Position numbers and translations under genes: made by a program. A DNA stretch of 64,000 nucleotides from Azolla caroliniana (lineage: Eukaryota > Plantae > Polypodiophyta), in assembly GCA_043228905.1 (NCBI GenBank), contig JBHGNT010000047.1, positions 124,001 through 188,000 of the forward strand, in the 5' to 3' direction. Shown in pieces: positions 48,110 through 63,800 of this stretch (the stretch's first letter is position 1; every line of letters starts with the position of its first letter). Below the pieces are notes generated by a model, which did no database searches, had not been told where the DNA came from, and saw only the letters and a program-made list of their open reading frames with translations.

Positions 48110-50840
48110 GCTATGATATGGAATTAAAAAATCAAGATTTTGAAACTCAGGTCGAGAGACATGAAAAAATTACCAAATTTGAGGAGGGAGTTGAGAAGAG
48201 CTAGTAGGTAAATTAAAATGTTCATACCTGGCTCGTGTAATATCGGATTTATGTGTTCAAACATGCCAATCGAAGCTAATAACGCTAGCTATGATATGGA
48301 ATTAAAAAATCAAGATTTTGAAACTCAGGTTGAGAGACATGACGAAAATAGCAAACTTGAGGAGTGAGTTGAGAAGAGCTAGTAGGTAAATTAAAATGTT
48401 CATACCTGGCTCGTGTGATATCGGATTTATGTGTTCAAACATGCAAATCGAAGCTAACAACGCTAGCTATGATATGGAATAAAAAAATCAAGATTTTGAA
48501 ACTCAGGTCGAGAGACATGATGAAATTACCAAATTTGAGCTGTGAGTTGAGAAGAGCTAGTAGGTAAATTTAAATATTCATACCTGGCTCGTGTGATATC
48601 GGATTTTTATGTTCAAACATGCGAATCGAAGCTAACAACGCTAGCTATGATATGGAATTAAAAAATCAAGATTTTGAAACTCAGGTCGATAAACACGACG
48701 AAATTGGCAATCTTGACAAGGGAGTTGAGAGCAGCCCTTGAGCAAATTAAAATGTTCATACCTGGCTCGTGTGATATTGCATTTTTGTGTTCAAACATGC
48801 GAATTGAAGCTAACAACGCTAGCTATGATATGGAAGTAAAAAATCAAGATTTTGAAACTCAGGTCGAGAGACATGACGAAATTACCAATGTTGAGGAGTG
48901 AGTTGAGAGGAGCCCTTGAGTAAATTAAAATGTTCATACCTAGCTCGTGTGATATCGGATTTATGTGTTCAAACATGCAAATCGAAGCTAACAACGCTAG
49001 CTATGATATGGAATTAAAAAATCAAGATTTTGAAACTCAGGTCGATAAACACGACGAAATTGGCAATCTTGACAAGGGAGTTGAGAGCAGCCCTTGAGCA
49101 AATTAAAATGTTCATACCTGGCTCGTGTGATATTGCATTTTTGTGTTCAAACATGCGAATTGAAGCTAACAACGCTAGCTATGATATGGAAGTAAAAAAT
49201 CAAGATTTTGAAACTCAGGTCGAGAGACATGACGAAATTACCAATGTTGAGGAGTGAGTTGAGAGGAGCCCTTGAGTAAATTAAAATGTTCATACCTAGC
49301 TCGTGTGATATCGGATTTATGTGTTCAAACATGCAAATCGAAGCTAACAACGCTAGCTATGATATGGAATTAAATAATCAAGAATTTGAAACTCAGGTCG
49401 AGAAACATGACGAAATTACCAATCTTGACAAGGGAGTTGAGAGCAGCCCTTGAGCAAATTAAAATGTTCATACCTGGCTCGTGTGATATTGCATTTTTGT
49501 GTTCAAACATGCGAATTGAAGCTAACAACGCTAGCTATGATATGGAATTAAAAAATCAAGATTTTGAAACTCAGGTCGAGAGACATGAAAAAATTACCAA
49601 ATTTGAGGAGGGAGTTGAGAAGAGCTAGTAGGTAAATTAAAATGTTCATACCTGGCTCGTGTAATATCGGATTTATGTGTTCAAACATGCCAATCGAAGC
49701 TAATAACGCTAGCTATGATATGGAATTAAAAAATCAAGATTTTGAAACTCAGGTTGAGAGACATGACGAAAATAGCAAACTTGAGGAGTGAGTTGAGAAG
49801 AGCTAGTAGGTAAATTAAAATGTTCATACCTGGCTCGTGTGATATCGGATTTATGTGTTCAAACATGCAAATCGAAGCTAACAACGCTAGCTATGATATG
49901 GAATAAAAAAATCAAGATTTTGAAACTCAGGTCGAGAGACATGATGAAATTACCAAATTTGAGCTGTGAGTTGAGAAGAGCTAGTAGGTAAATTTAAATA
50001 TTCATACCTGGCTCGTGTGATATCAGATTTTTATGTTCAAACATGCGAATCGAAGCTAACAACGCTAGCTATGATATGGAATTAAAAAATCAAGATTTTG
50101 AAACTCAGGTCGATAAACACGACGAAATTGGCAATCTTGACAAGGGAGTTGAGAGCAGCCCTTGAGCAAATTAAAATGTTCATACCTGGCTCGTGTGATA
50201 TTGCATTTTTGTGTTCAAACATGCGAATTGAAGCTAACAACGCTAGCTATGATATGGAAGTAAAAAATCAAGATTTTGAAACTCAGGTCGAGAGACATGA
50301 CGAAATTACCAATGTTGAGGAGTGAGTTGAGAGGAGCCCTTGAGTAAATTAAAATGTTCATACCTAGCTCGTGTGATATCGGATTTATGTGTTCAAACAT
50401 GCAAATCGAAGCTAACAACGCTAGCTATGATATGGAATTAAAAAATCAAGATTTTGAAACTCAGGTCGATAAACACGACGAAATTGGCAATCTTGACAAG
50501 GGAGTTGAGAGCAGCCCTTGAGCAAATTAAAATGTTCATACCTGGCTCGTGTGATATTGCATTTTTGTGTTCAAACATGCGAATTGAAGCTAACAACGCT
50601 AGCTATGATATGGAAGTAAAAAATCAAGATTTTGAAACTCAGGTCGAGAGACATGACGAAATTACCAATGTTGAGGAGTGAGTTGAGAGGAGCCCTTGAG
50701 TAAATTAAAATGTTCATACCTAGCTCGTGTGATATCGGATTTATGTGTTCAAACATGCAAATCGAAGCTAACAACGCTAGCTATGATATGGAATTAAATA
50801 ATCAAGAATTTGAAACTCAGGTCGAGAAACATGACGAAAT
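48110..50840 (+). repeat. 1424-bp (8-monomer) tandem duplication with internal 356-bp dimer repeat
   Basis: Landmarks 48161/49585, 48674/50098, 49030/50454; dimer 48674/49030. Ends approximate. Confidence 0.85.
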
Positions 50841-53800
50841 TACCAAATATTAGGTGTGAGTTGAGAAGAGCAAGTAGGTAAATTAAAATGTTCATACCTG
50901 GCTCCTGTGATATCGGATTTATGTGTTCAAACATGCGAATCCAAGCTAACAACGCTAGGTATGATATGGAATTAAATAATAGAGATTTTGAAACTCAGGT
51001 CGGGAGACATGACGAAATTACCAAATTTGAGGAGTGAGTTGAGAGGAGCCCTTGAGTAAATTAAAATGTTCATACCTGGCTCGTGTGATATCGGATTTTT
51101 GTGTTCAAACATACAAATCGAAGCTAACAACGCTAGTTATGATATGAAATTAAAAAATCAAGATTTTGAAACCCAGATCGAGAGACATGACGAAATTACC
51201 AAAGTTGAGGAGAAAGTTGAGAAGAGCTAGTAGGTAAATTTAAATGTTCATACCTGGCGACTGTGATATCGGATTTTTATGTTCAAACATGCAAATCGAA
51301 GCTAAGAACGCTAGCTATGATATGGAATTAAAAAATCAGGATTTTGAAACTCAGGTCGAGAGACATGACGAAAATAGCAAACTTGAGGAGGGAGTTGAGA
51401 AGAGCTAGTAGGTAAATTTAAATGTTCATACCTGGCTCGTGTGATATTGCATTTTTGTGTTCAAACATGCGAATTGAAGCTAACAACGCTAGTTATGATA
51501 TGGATTTAAAAAATCAAGATTCTGAAACTCAGGTCGAGAGACATGACGAAATTACCAAATTTGAGGAGTGAGTTGAGAGGAGCCCTTGAGTAAATTAAAA
51601 TGTTCAAACCTGGCTCGTTTGATATCGGATTTATGTGTTCAAACATGCAAATCGAAGGTAACAACACTAGCTACGATATGGAATTAAAAAATCAAGATTT
51701 GGAAACTCAGGTCGACAGATCTGCTGAAAATAGCAAACTTGAGGAGGGAGTTGAGAAGAGCTAGTAGGTAAATTAAAATGTTCATACCTGGATCGTGTAA
51801 TATCGGATTTATGTGTTCAAACATGCCAAACGAAGCTAATAACGCTAGCTATGATATGGAATTAAAAAATCAAGATTTTGAAACTCAGGTCGAGAGACAT
51901 GACGAAATTACCACATTTGAGGAATGAGTTGAGAAGAGCTAGTAGGTAAATTAAAATGTTCATACCTGGCTCGTGTAATATCGGATTTATGTGTTCAAAC
52001 ATTCCAATCGAAGCTAATAACGCTAGCTATGATATGGAATTAAAAAATCAAGATTTTGAAACTCAGGTCGAGAGACATGACGAAAATAGCAAACTTGAGG
52101 AGGGAGTTGAGAAGAGCTGGTAGGTAAATTTAAATGTTCATACCTGGCGACTGTGATATCGGATTATTGTGTTCAAACATGCCAATCGAAGCTAACAACG
52201 CTAGCTATGATATGCAATTAAAAAATCAAGATTTTGAAACTCAGGTCGAGAAACATGACGAAATTAGCAACCTTGAGGAGGGAGTTGAGAGGAGCCCTTG
52301 ACCAAATTAAAATGTTCATACCTGGCTCCTGTGATATTGGATTTATGTGTTCAAACATGCGAATCGAAGCTAACAACGCAAGCTATGATATGGAATTAAA
52401 AAATCAAGAATTTGAAACTCATTGCAAGAGACATGACGAAATTACTAAATTTGAGCTGTGAGTTGAGAAGAGCTAGTAGGGAAATTAAAATGTTCAAACC
52501 TGGCTCGTGTCATATCGGATTTATGTGTTCAAACATGCGAATCAAAGCTAACAACGCTAGCTATGATATGGAATTAAAAATTTAAGATTTTGAAACTCAG
52601 GTCGACAGATCTGACGGAAATAGCAAACTTGAGGAGGGAGTTGAGAAGAGCTAGTAGGTAAATTAAAATGTTCATACCTGGCTCGTGTAACATCGGATTT
52701 TTGTGTTCAAACATGCCAATCGAAGCTAATAACGCTAGCTATGATATGGAATTAAAAAATCAAGATTTTGAAACTCAGGTCGACAAACACGACGAAATTG
52801 GCAATCTTGACAAGGGAGTTGAGAGCAGCCCTTGAGCAAATTAAAATGCTCATACCTGGCTCGTGTGATATTGCATTTCTGTGTTCAAACATGCGAATTG
52901 AAGCTAACAACGCTAGCTATGATATGGAATTAAAAATTCAAGATTTTGAAACTCAGGTCGAGAGACATGAAAAAATTACCAAATTTGAGGAGTGAGTTGA
53001 GAAGAGCCAGTAGGTAAATTAAAATGTTCATACCTGGCTCGTGTCATATGGGATTTATGTGTTCAAACATACGAATCGAAGCTAACAACGCTAGCTATGA
53101 TATGGAATTAAAAAATCAAGATTTTGAAACTCAGGTCGATAAACACGACGAAATTGGCAATCTTGACAAGGGAGTTGAGAGCAGCCCTTGAGCAAATTAA
53201 AATGCTCATACCTGGCTCGTGTGATATTGCATTTCTGTGTTCAAACATGCGAATTGAAGCTAACAACGCTAGCTATGATATGGAAATAAAAAATCAAGAT
53301 TTTGAAACTCAGGTCGAGAGACATGACGAAATTACCAAAGTTGAGGAGTGAGTTGAGAGGAGCCCTTGAGTAAATTAAAATGTTCATACCTAGCTCGTGT
53401 GATATCGGATTTATGTGTTCAAACATGCAAATCGAAGCTAACAACGCTAGCTATGATATGGAATTAAAAAATCAAGATTTTGAAACTCAGGTCGAGAGAC
53501 ATGACGAAATTACCAAATTTGAGGGGTGAGTTGAGAAGAGCTTGTAGGTAAATTAAAAGGTTCATACCTGGCTCGTGTCATATCGGATTTCTGTGTTCAA
53601 ACATGCAAATCGAAGCTAACAACGCTAGCTATGATATGGAATTAAAAAATCAAGATTTTGAAACTCAGGTCGAGAGACATGACGAAAATAGCAAACTTGA
53701 GGAGGGAGTTGAGAAGAGCTAGTAGGTAAATTTAAATGTTCATACCTGGTGACTGTGATATCGGATTTTTGTGTTCAAACATGCCAATCGAAGCTAACAA

Positions 53801-56800
53801 CGCTAGCTATGATATGGAATTAAAAAATCAAGATTTTGAAACTCAGGTCGAGAAACATGACGAAATTAGCAACCTTGAGGAGGGAGTTGAGAGGAGCCCT
53901 TGAGCAAATTAAAATGTTCATACCTGGCTCCTGTGATATTGGATTTATGTGTTCAAACATGCGAATCGAAGCTAACAACGCAAGCTATGATATGGAATTA
54001 AAAAATCAAGAATTTGAAACTCATGTCAAGAGACATGACGAAATTACCAAATTTGAGCTGTGAGTTGAGAAGAGCTAGGAGGGAAATAAAAATGTTCAAA
54101 CCTGGCTCGTGTGATATCGGATTTATGTGTTCAAACATGCGAATCGAAGCTAACAACGCTAGCTACGATATGGAATTAAAAAATCAAGATTTTGAAACTC
54201 AGGTCGACAGATCTGACGGAAATAGCAAACTTGAGGAGGGAGTTGAGAAGAGCTAGTAGGTAAATTAAAATGTTCATACCTGGCTCGTGTAACATCGGAT
54301 TTATGTGTTCAAACATGCCAATCGAAGCTAATAACGCTAGCTATGATATGGAATTAAAAAATCAAATTTTGAAACTCAGGTCGAGAGACATGACGAAATT
54401 TCCACATTTGAGGAGTGAGTTGAGAAGAGCTAGTAGGTAAGTTTAAATATTCATACCTGGCTCGTGTGATATCGGATTTTTATGTTCAAACATGCGAATC
54501 GAAGCTAACAACGCTAGCTATGATATGGAATTAAAAATTCAAGATTTTGAAACTCAGGTCGAGAGACATGAAAAAATTACCAAATTTGAGGAGTGAGTTG
54601 AGAAGAGCCAGTAGGTAAATTAAAATGTTCATACCTGGCTCGTGTCATATGGGATTTATGTGTTCAAACATACGAATCGAAGCTAACAACGCTAGCTATG
54701 ATATGGAATTAAAAAATCAAGATTTTGAAACTCAGGTCGACAAACACGACGAAACTGGCAATCTTGACAAGGGAGTTGAGAGCAGCTCTTCAGCAAATTA
54801 AAATGCTCATACCTGGCTCGTGTGATATCGGATTTTTATGTTCAAACATGCGAATCGAAGCTAACAACGCTAGGTATGATATAGAATTAAAAAATAGAGA
54901 TTTTGAAACTCAGGTCGGGTGACATGACAAAATTACCAAAATTGAGGAGTGAGTTGAGAGGAGCCCTTGAGTAAATTAAAATGTTCATACTTGGCTCGTG
55001 TGATATCGGATTTATGTGTTCAAATAGGCGAATCGAAGCTAACATCGCTAGCTATGATATGGAATTAAAAAATCAAGATTTTGAAACTCAGGTCGAGAGA
55101 CATGACGAAATTGGCAACCTTGACAAGGGAGTTGAGAGGAGCCCTTGAGTAAATTAAAATGTTCATACATGGCTCGTGTAATATCGGATTTTTGTGTTGA
55201 AACATGCAAATCGAAGCTAACAACGCTAGTTATAATATGGTATTAAAAAATCAAGATTTTGAAACTCAGGTCGAGAGACACGCCGAAATTGGCAACCTTG
55301 AAAATGGAGTTGAGAGCAGCCCCTGAGCAAATTAAAATGTTCAGACCTGGCTCGTGTGATATCGGATTTTTGTGTTCAAACATGCAAATTGAAGCTAACA
55401 ACGCTAGCTATGATATGGAATTAAAAAATCAAGATTTTGAAACTCAGGTCGAGAGACATGACGAAAATAGGAACCTTGACAAGGGAGTTGAGAGGAGCCA
55501 TTAAGTAAATTAAAATGTTCATACCTGGCTCTTGTGATATCCGATTTATGTGTTCAAACATGCCAAACGAAGCTAACAACGCTAGTTATGATATGGAATT
55601 AAAAAATCAAGATTTTGAAACTCAGGTCGAGAGACATGACGGAATTACCAAATTTGAGGAGTGAGTTGAGAAGAGCTAGTAGGTAAATTAAAATGTTCAT
55701 ACCTGGCTTGTGTGATTTCGGATTTATGTGTTCAAACATGCAAATCGAAGCTAACAACGCTAGGTATGATATGGAATAAAAAAATCAAGATTTTGAAACT
55801 CAGGTCGAGAGACATGACGAAATTACCAAATTTGAGGGGTGAGTTGAGAAGAGCTAGTAGGTAAATTAAAAGGTTCATACCTGGCTCGTGTCATATCGGA
55901 TTTCTGTGTTCAAACATGCAAATCGAAGCTAACTACGCTAGTTATGATATGGAATTAAAAAATCAAGATTTGGAAACCCAGATCGAGAGACATGACGAAA
56001 TTACCAAAGTTGAGGAGTGAGTTGAGAAGAGCTAGTAGGTAAATTTAAATGTTCATACCTGGCTCGTGTGATATCGGATTTTTGTGTTCAAACATGCGAA
56101 TCGAAGCTAACAACGCTAGCTATGATATGGAATTAAAAAATCAAGATTTTGAAACTCAGGTCGAGAGACATGACGAAATTACCAAAGTTGAGGAGTGAGT
56201 TGAGAGGAGCCCTTGAGTAAATTAAAATGTTCATACGTGGCTCCTGTGATATTGGATTTATGTGTTCAAACATGCGAATCGAAGCTAACAACGCAAGCTA
56301 TGATATGGAATTAAAAAATCAAGAATTTGAAAGTCATGTCAAGAGACATGACAAAATTACCAAATTTGAGCTGTGAGTTGAGAAGAGCTAGTAGGGAAAT
56401 TAAAATGTTCAAACCTGGCTCGTGTGATATCGGATTTATGTGTTCAAACATGCGAATCGAAGCTAACAACGCTAGCTACGATATGGAATTAAAAAATCAA
56501 GATTTTGAAACTCAGGTCAACAGATCTGACGGAAATAGCAAACTTGAGGAGGGAGTTGAGAAGAGCTAGTAGGTAAATTAAAATGTTCATACCTGGCTCG
56601 TGTAACATCGGATTTATGTGTTCAAACATGCCAATCGAAGCTAATAACGCTAGCTATGATATGGAATTAAAAAATCAAGATTTTGAAACTCAGGTCGAGA
56701 GACATGACGAAATTTCCACATTTGAGGAGTGAGTTGAGAAGAGCTAGTAGGTAAGTTTAAATATTCATACCTGGCTCGTGTGATATCGGATTTTTATGTT

Positions 56801-57894
56801 CAAACATGCGAATCGAAGCTAACAACGCTAGCTATGATATGGAATTAAAAAATCAAGATTTTGAAACTCAGGTCGAGAGACATGACGAAATGTTCATACT
56901 TGGCTCGTGTAATATCGGATATTTGTGTTGAAACATACAAATCGAAGCTAACAACGCTAGTTATGATATGGTATTAAAAAATCAAGATTTTGAAACTCAG
57001 GTCGAGAGACACGCCGAAATTGGCAACCTTGAAAAGGGAATTGAGAGCAGCCCTTGAGCAAATTAAAATGTTCAGACCTGGCTCGTGTGATATCAGATTT
57101 TTGTGTTCAAACATGCGAATTGAAGCTAACAACGCTAGCTATGATATGGAATAAAAAAATCAAGATTTTGAAACTCAGGTCGAGAGACATGACGAAAATA
57201 GCAACCTTGACAAGGGAGTTGAGAGGAGACATGACGAAATTACCAAATTTGAGGAGTGAGTTGAGAGGAGCCCTTGAGTAAATTAAAATGTTCATACCTG
57301 GCTCGTGTGATATCGGATTTTTGTGTTCAAACATGCGAATCAAAGCTAACAACGCTAGTTATGATATGGTATTAAAAAATCAAGATTTTGAAACTCACGT
57401 CGAGAGACACGACGAATTTGGCAACCTTGAAAAGGGAGTTGAGAGCAGCCCTTGAGCAAATTTAAATGTTCCTACCTGGCTCGTGTCATATCGGATTTTT
57501 ATGTTCAAACATGCGAATTGAAGCTAACAACGCTAGCTATGATATGGAATTAAAAAATCAAGATTTTGAAACTCAGGTCGAGAGACATGACGAAATTACC
57601 AAATTTGAGGAGTGAGTTGAGAAGAGCTAGTAGGTAAATTAAAATGTGCATACCTGGCTCCTGTGATATCGGATTTTTGTGTTCAAACATGCGAATCGAA
57701 GCTAACAACGCTAGTTATGATATGGAATTAAAAAATCAAGATTTTGAAACTCAGGTCGAGAGACATGAAAAAATTACCAAATTTGAGGAGGGAGTTGAGA
57801 AGAGGTAGTAGGTAAATTAAAATGTTCATACCTAGCTCGTGTAATATCGTATTTATGTGTTCAAACATGCCAATCGAAGCTAATAACGCTAGCT

Positions 57895-60800
57895 ATGATA
57901 TGGAATTACAATATGAAGATTTTGAAACTCAGATCGAGAGACATGATGAAATTTGCAACCTTGACAAGGGAGTTGAGAGGAGCGCTTGAGCAAATTAAAA
58001 TGTTCATACCTGGCTCGTGTGATATCGGATTTTTGTGTTCAAACATGCGAATCAAAGCTAACAGCGCTAGGTATGATATGGAATTAAAAAATCAAGATTT
58101 TGAAACTCAGGTCGAGAGACATGACGAAATTAGCAACCTTGACAAGGGAGTTGAGAGGAGCCCTAGAGTAAATTAAAATATTCATACCTGGCTCGTGTCA
58201 TATCGGATTTATGTGTTCAAACATGCGAATCGAAGCTAACAACGCTAGCTATGATATGGAATTAAAAAATCAAGATTTTGAAACTCAGGTCGAGAGACAT
58301 GACGAAAATAGCAAACTTGAGGAGGGAGTTGAGAGGAGCCTTTGAGCAAATTAAAATGTTCATACCTGGCTCCTGTGATATCGGATTTATATGTTCAAAC
58401 ATGCGAATCGAAGCTAACAACGCTAGCTATGATATGGAATTCAAAAATCAAGATTATGCACCTCAGGTCGAGAGACATGACAAAATTACCAAATTTGAGG
58501 AGGGAGTTGAGAAGAGCTAGTAGGTAAATTTAAATGTTCATACCTGGCTCGTGTCATATCGGATTTATGTGTTCAAACATGCGAATCGAAGCTAACAACA
58601 CTAGCTATGATATCGAATTAAAAATTCAAGATTTTGAAACTCAGGTCGAGAGACATGACGTAAATAGCAAACTTGAGGAGGGAGTTGAGAAGAGCTAGTA
58701 GGTAAATTTAAAAGTTCATACCGAGCGATTGTGATATCGGATTTTTGTGTTCAAACATGCGAATCGAAGCTAAAACGCTAGCTATGATATGGAATTAAAA
58801 AGTCAAGATTTTGAAACTCAGGTCGAGAGACATGACGAAAATAGCAACCTTGACAAGGGAGTTGAGAGGAGCCCTTGAGTAAATTAAAATGTTCATACCT
58901 GGCTCGTGTGATATCGGATTTATGTGTTCAAACATGCCAATCGAAGCTAACAACGCTAGTTATGATATGGAATTAAAAAATCAAGATTTTGAAACTCATG
59001 TCAAGAGTCATGAAGAAATTACCAAATTGGAGGAGTGAGTTGAGAAGAGCTAGTAGGTAAATTTAAATGTTCATACCTGGCGACTGACTGTGATATCGGA
59101 TTTTTATGTTCAAACATGCGAATCGAAGCTAACAACGCAAGCTATGATATGGAATTAAAAAATCAAGGTTTTGAAACTCGGATCGAGAGACATGATGAAA
59201 TTAGCAACCTTGACAAGGGAGTTGAGAGGAGCCCTTGAGTAAATTAAAATGTTCATACCTGGCTCGTGTAATATCGGATTTATGTGTTCAAACATGCGAA
59301 TCCAAGCTACCAACGCTAGCCATGATATGGAATTAAAAAATAAAGATTTTGAAACTCAGGTCGAGAGACATGACGAAATTACCAAATTTGAGGTGTGAGT
59401 TGAGAAGAGCTAGTAGGTAAATTAAAATGTTCATACCTGGCTCGTGTCATATCGGATTTATGTGTTCAAACATGCGAATCAAAACTAACAACGCTAGCTA
59501 TGATATGGAATTAAAAATTCAAGATTTTGAAACTCAGGTCGAGAGACATGACGAAATTAGCAACCTTGACAAGGGAGTTGAGAGGAGCCCTTGAGTAAAT
59601 TAAAATGTTCATACCTGGCTCCTGTGATATCGGATTTATGTGTTCAAACATGCGAATCGAAGCTAACAACGCTAGCTATGATATGGAATTAAAATATGAA
59701 GATTTTGAAACTCAGATCGAGAGACATGATGAAATTTGCAACCTTGACAAGGGAGTTGAGAGGAGCGCTTGAGCAAATTAAAATGTTCATACCTGGCTCG
59801 TGTGATATCGGATTTTTGTGTTCAAACATGCGAATCAAAGCTAACAGCGCTAGGTATGATATGGAATTAAAAAATCAAGATTTTGAAACTCAGGTCGAGA
59901 GACATGACGAAATTAGCAACCTTGACAAGGGAGTTGAGAGGAGCCCTAGAGTAAATTAAAATATTCATACCTGGCTCGTGTCATATCGGATTTATGTGTT
60001 CAAACATGCGAATCGAAGCTAACAACGCTAGCTATGATATGGAATTAAAAAATCAAGATTTTGAAACACAGGTCGAGAGACATGACGAAAATAGCAAACT
60101 TGAGGAGGGAGTTGAGAGGAGCCTTTGAGCAAATTAAAATGTTCATACCTGGCTCCTGTGATATCGGATTTATATGTTCAAACATGCGAATCGAAGCTAA
60201 CAACGCTAGCTATGATATGGAATTCAAAAATCAAGATTATGGACCTCAGGTCGAGAGACATGACAAAATTACCAAATTTGAGGTGTGAGTTGAGAAGAGC
60301 TAGTAGGTAAATTTAAATGTTCATACCTGGCTCGTGTCATATCGGATTTATGTGTTCAAACATGCGAATCGAAGCTAACAACACTAGCTATGATATCGAA
60401 TTAAAAATTCAAGATTTTGAAACTCAGGTCGAGAGACATGACGTAAATAGCAAACTTGAGGAGGGAGTTGAGAAGAGCTAGTAGGTAAATTTAAAAGTTC
60501 ATACCGAGCGATTGTGATATCGGATTTTTGTGTTCAAACATGCGAATCGAAGCTAAAACGCTAGCTATGATATGGAATGAAAAAGTCAAGATTTTGAAAC
60601 TCAGGTCGAGAGACATGACGAAAATAGCAACCTTGACAAGGGAGTTGAGAGGAGCCCTTGAGTAAATTAAAATGTTCATACCTGGCTCGTGTGATATCGG
60701 ATTTATGTGTTCAAACATGCCAATCGAAGCTAACAACGCTAGTTATGATATGGAATTAAAAAATCAAGATTTTGAAACTCATGTCAAGAGTCATGAAGAA

Positions 60801-63800
60801 ATTACCAAATTGGAGGAGTGAGTTGAGAAGAGCTAGTAGGTAAATTTAAATGTTCATACCTGGCGACTGACTGTGATATCGGATTTTTATGTTCAAACAT
60901 GCGAATCGAAGCTAACAACGCAAGCTATGATATGGAATTAAAAAATCAAGGTTTTGAAACTCGGATCGAGAGACATGATGAAATTAGCAACCTTGACAAG
61001 GGAGTTGAGAGGAGCCCTTGAGTAAATTAAAATGTTCATACCTGGCTCGTGTAATATCGGATTTATGTGTTCAAACATGCGAATCCAAGCTACCAACGCT
61101 AGCCATGATATGGAATTAAAAAATAAAGATTTTGAAACTCAGGTCGAGAGACATGACGAAATTACCAAATTTGAGGTGTGAGTTGAGAAGAGCTAGTAGG
61201 TAAATTAAAATGTTCATACCTGGCTCGTGTCATATCGGATTTATGTGTTCAAACATGCGAATCAAAGCTAACAACGCTAGCTATGATATGGAATTAAAAA
61301 TTCAAGATTTTGAAACTCAGGTCGAGAGACATGACGAAATTAGCAACCTTGACAAGGGAGTTGAGAGGAGCCCTTGAGTAAATTAAAATGTTCATACCTG
61401 GCTCCTGTGATATCGGATTTATGTGTTCAAACATGCGAATCGAAGCTAACAACGCTAGCTATGATATGGAATTAAAATATGAAGATTTTGAAACTCAGAT
61501 CGAGAGACATGATGAAATTTGCAACCTTGACAAGGGAGTTGAGAGGAGCGCTTGAGCAAATTAAAATGTTCATACCTGGCTCGTGTGATATCGGATTTTT
61601 GTGTTCAAACATGCGAATCAAAGCTAACAGCGCTAGGTATGATATGGAATTAAAAAATCAAGATTTTGAAACTCAGGTCGAGAGACATGACGAAATTAGC
61701 AACCTTGACAAGGGAGTTGAGAGGAGCCCTAGAGTAAATTAAAATATTCATACCTGGCTCGTGTCATATCGGATTTATGTGTTCAAACATGCGAATCGAA
61801 GCTAACAACGCTAGCTATGATATGGAATTAAAAAATCAAGATTTTGAAACTCAGGTCGAGAGACATGACGAAAATAGCAAACTTGAGGAGGGAGTTGAGA
61901 GGAGCCTTTGAGCAAATTAAAATGTTCATACCTGGCTCCTGTGATATCGGATTTATATGTTCAAACATGCGAATCGAAGCTAACAACGCTAGCTATGATA
62001 TGGAATTCAAAAATCAAGATTATGGACCTCAGGTCGAGAGACATGACAAAATTACCAAATTTGAGGTGTGAGTTGAGAAGAGCTAGTAGGTAAATTTAAA
62101 TGTTCATACCTGGCTCGTGTCATATCGGATTTATGTGTTCAAACATGCGAATCGAAGCTAACAACACTAGCTATGATATCGAATTAAAAATTCAAGATTT
62201 TGAAACTCAGGTCGAGAGACATGACGTAAATAGCAAACTTGAGGAGGGAGTTGAGAAGAGCTAGTAGGTAAATTTAAAAGTTCATACCGAGCGATTGTGA
62301 TATCGGATTTTTGTGTTCAAACATGCGAATCGAAGCTAAAACGCTAGCTATGATATGGAATGAAAAAGTCAAGATTTTGAAACTCAGGTCGAGAGACATG
62401 ACGAAAATAGCAACCTTGACAAGGGAGTTGAGAGGAGCCCTTGAGTAAATTAAAATGTTCATACCTGGCTCGTGTGATATCGGATTTATGTGTTCAAACA
62501 TGCCAATCGAAGCTAACAACGCTAGTTATGATATGGAATTAAAAAATCAAGATTTTGAAACTCATGTCAAGAGTCATGAAGAAATTACCAAATTGGAGGA
62601 GTGAGTTGAGAAGAGCTAGTAGGTAAATTTAAATGTTCATACCTGGCGACTGACTGTGATATCGGATTTTTATGTTCAAACATGCGAATCGAAGCTAACA
62701 ACGCAAGCTATGATATGGAATTAAAAAATCAAGGTTTTGAAACTCGGATCGAGAGACATGATGAAATTAGCAACCTTGACAAGGGAGTTGAGAGGAGCCC
62801 TTGAGTAAATTAAAATGTTCATACCTGGCTCGTGTAATATCGGATTTATGTGTTCAAACATGCGAATCCAAGCTACCAACGCTAGCCATGATATGGAATT
62901 AAAAAATAAAGATTTTGAAACTCAGGTCGAGAGACATGACGAAATTACCAAATTTGAGGTGTGAGTTGAGAAGAGCTAGTAGGTAAATTAAAATGTTCAT
63001 ACCTGGCTCGTGTCATATCGGATTTATGTGTTCAAACATGCGAATCAAAGCTAACAACGCTAGCTATGATATGGAATTAAAAATTCAAGATTTTGAAACT
63101 CAGGTCGAGAGACATGACGAAATTAGCAACCTTGACAAGGGAGTTGAGAGGAGCCCTTGAGTAAATTAAAATGTTCATACCTGGCTCCTGTGATATCGGA
63201 TTTATGTGTTCAAACATGCGAATCGAAGCTAACAACGCTAGCTATGATATGGAATTAAAATATGAAGATTTTGAAACTCAGATCGAGAGACATGATGAAA
63301 TTTGCAACCTTGACAAGGGAGTTGAGAGGAGCGCTTGAGCAAATTAAAATGTTCATACCTCGCTCGTGTGATATCGGATTTTTGTGTTCAAACATGCGAA
63401 TCAAAGCTAACAGCGCTAGGTATGATATGGAATTAAAAAATCAAGATTTTGAAACTCAGGTCGAGAGACATGACGAAATTAGCAACCTTGACAAGGGAGT
63501 TGAGAGGAGCCCTAGAGTAAATTAAAATATTCATACCTGGCTCGTGTCATATCGGATTTATGTGTTCAAACATGCGAATCGAAGCTAACAACGCTAGCTA
63601 TGATATGGAATTAAAAAATCAAGATTTTGAAACTCAGGTCGAGAGACATGACGAAAATAGCAAACTTGAGGAGGGAGTTGAGAGGAGCCTTTGAGCAAAT
63701 TAAAATGTTCATACCTGGCTCCTGTGATATCGGATTTATATGTTCAAACATGCGAATCGAAGCTAACAACGCTAGCTATGATATGGAATTCAAAAATCAA

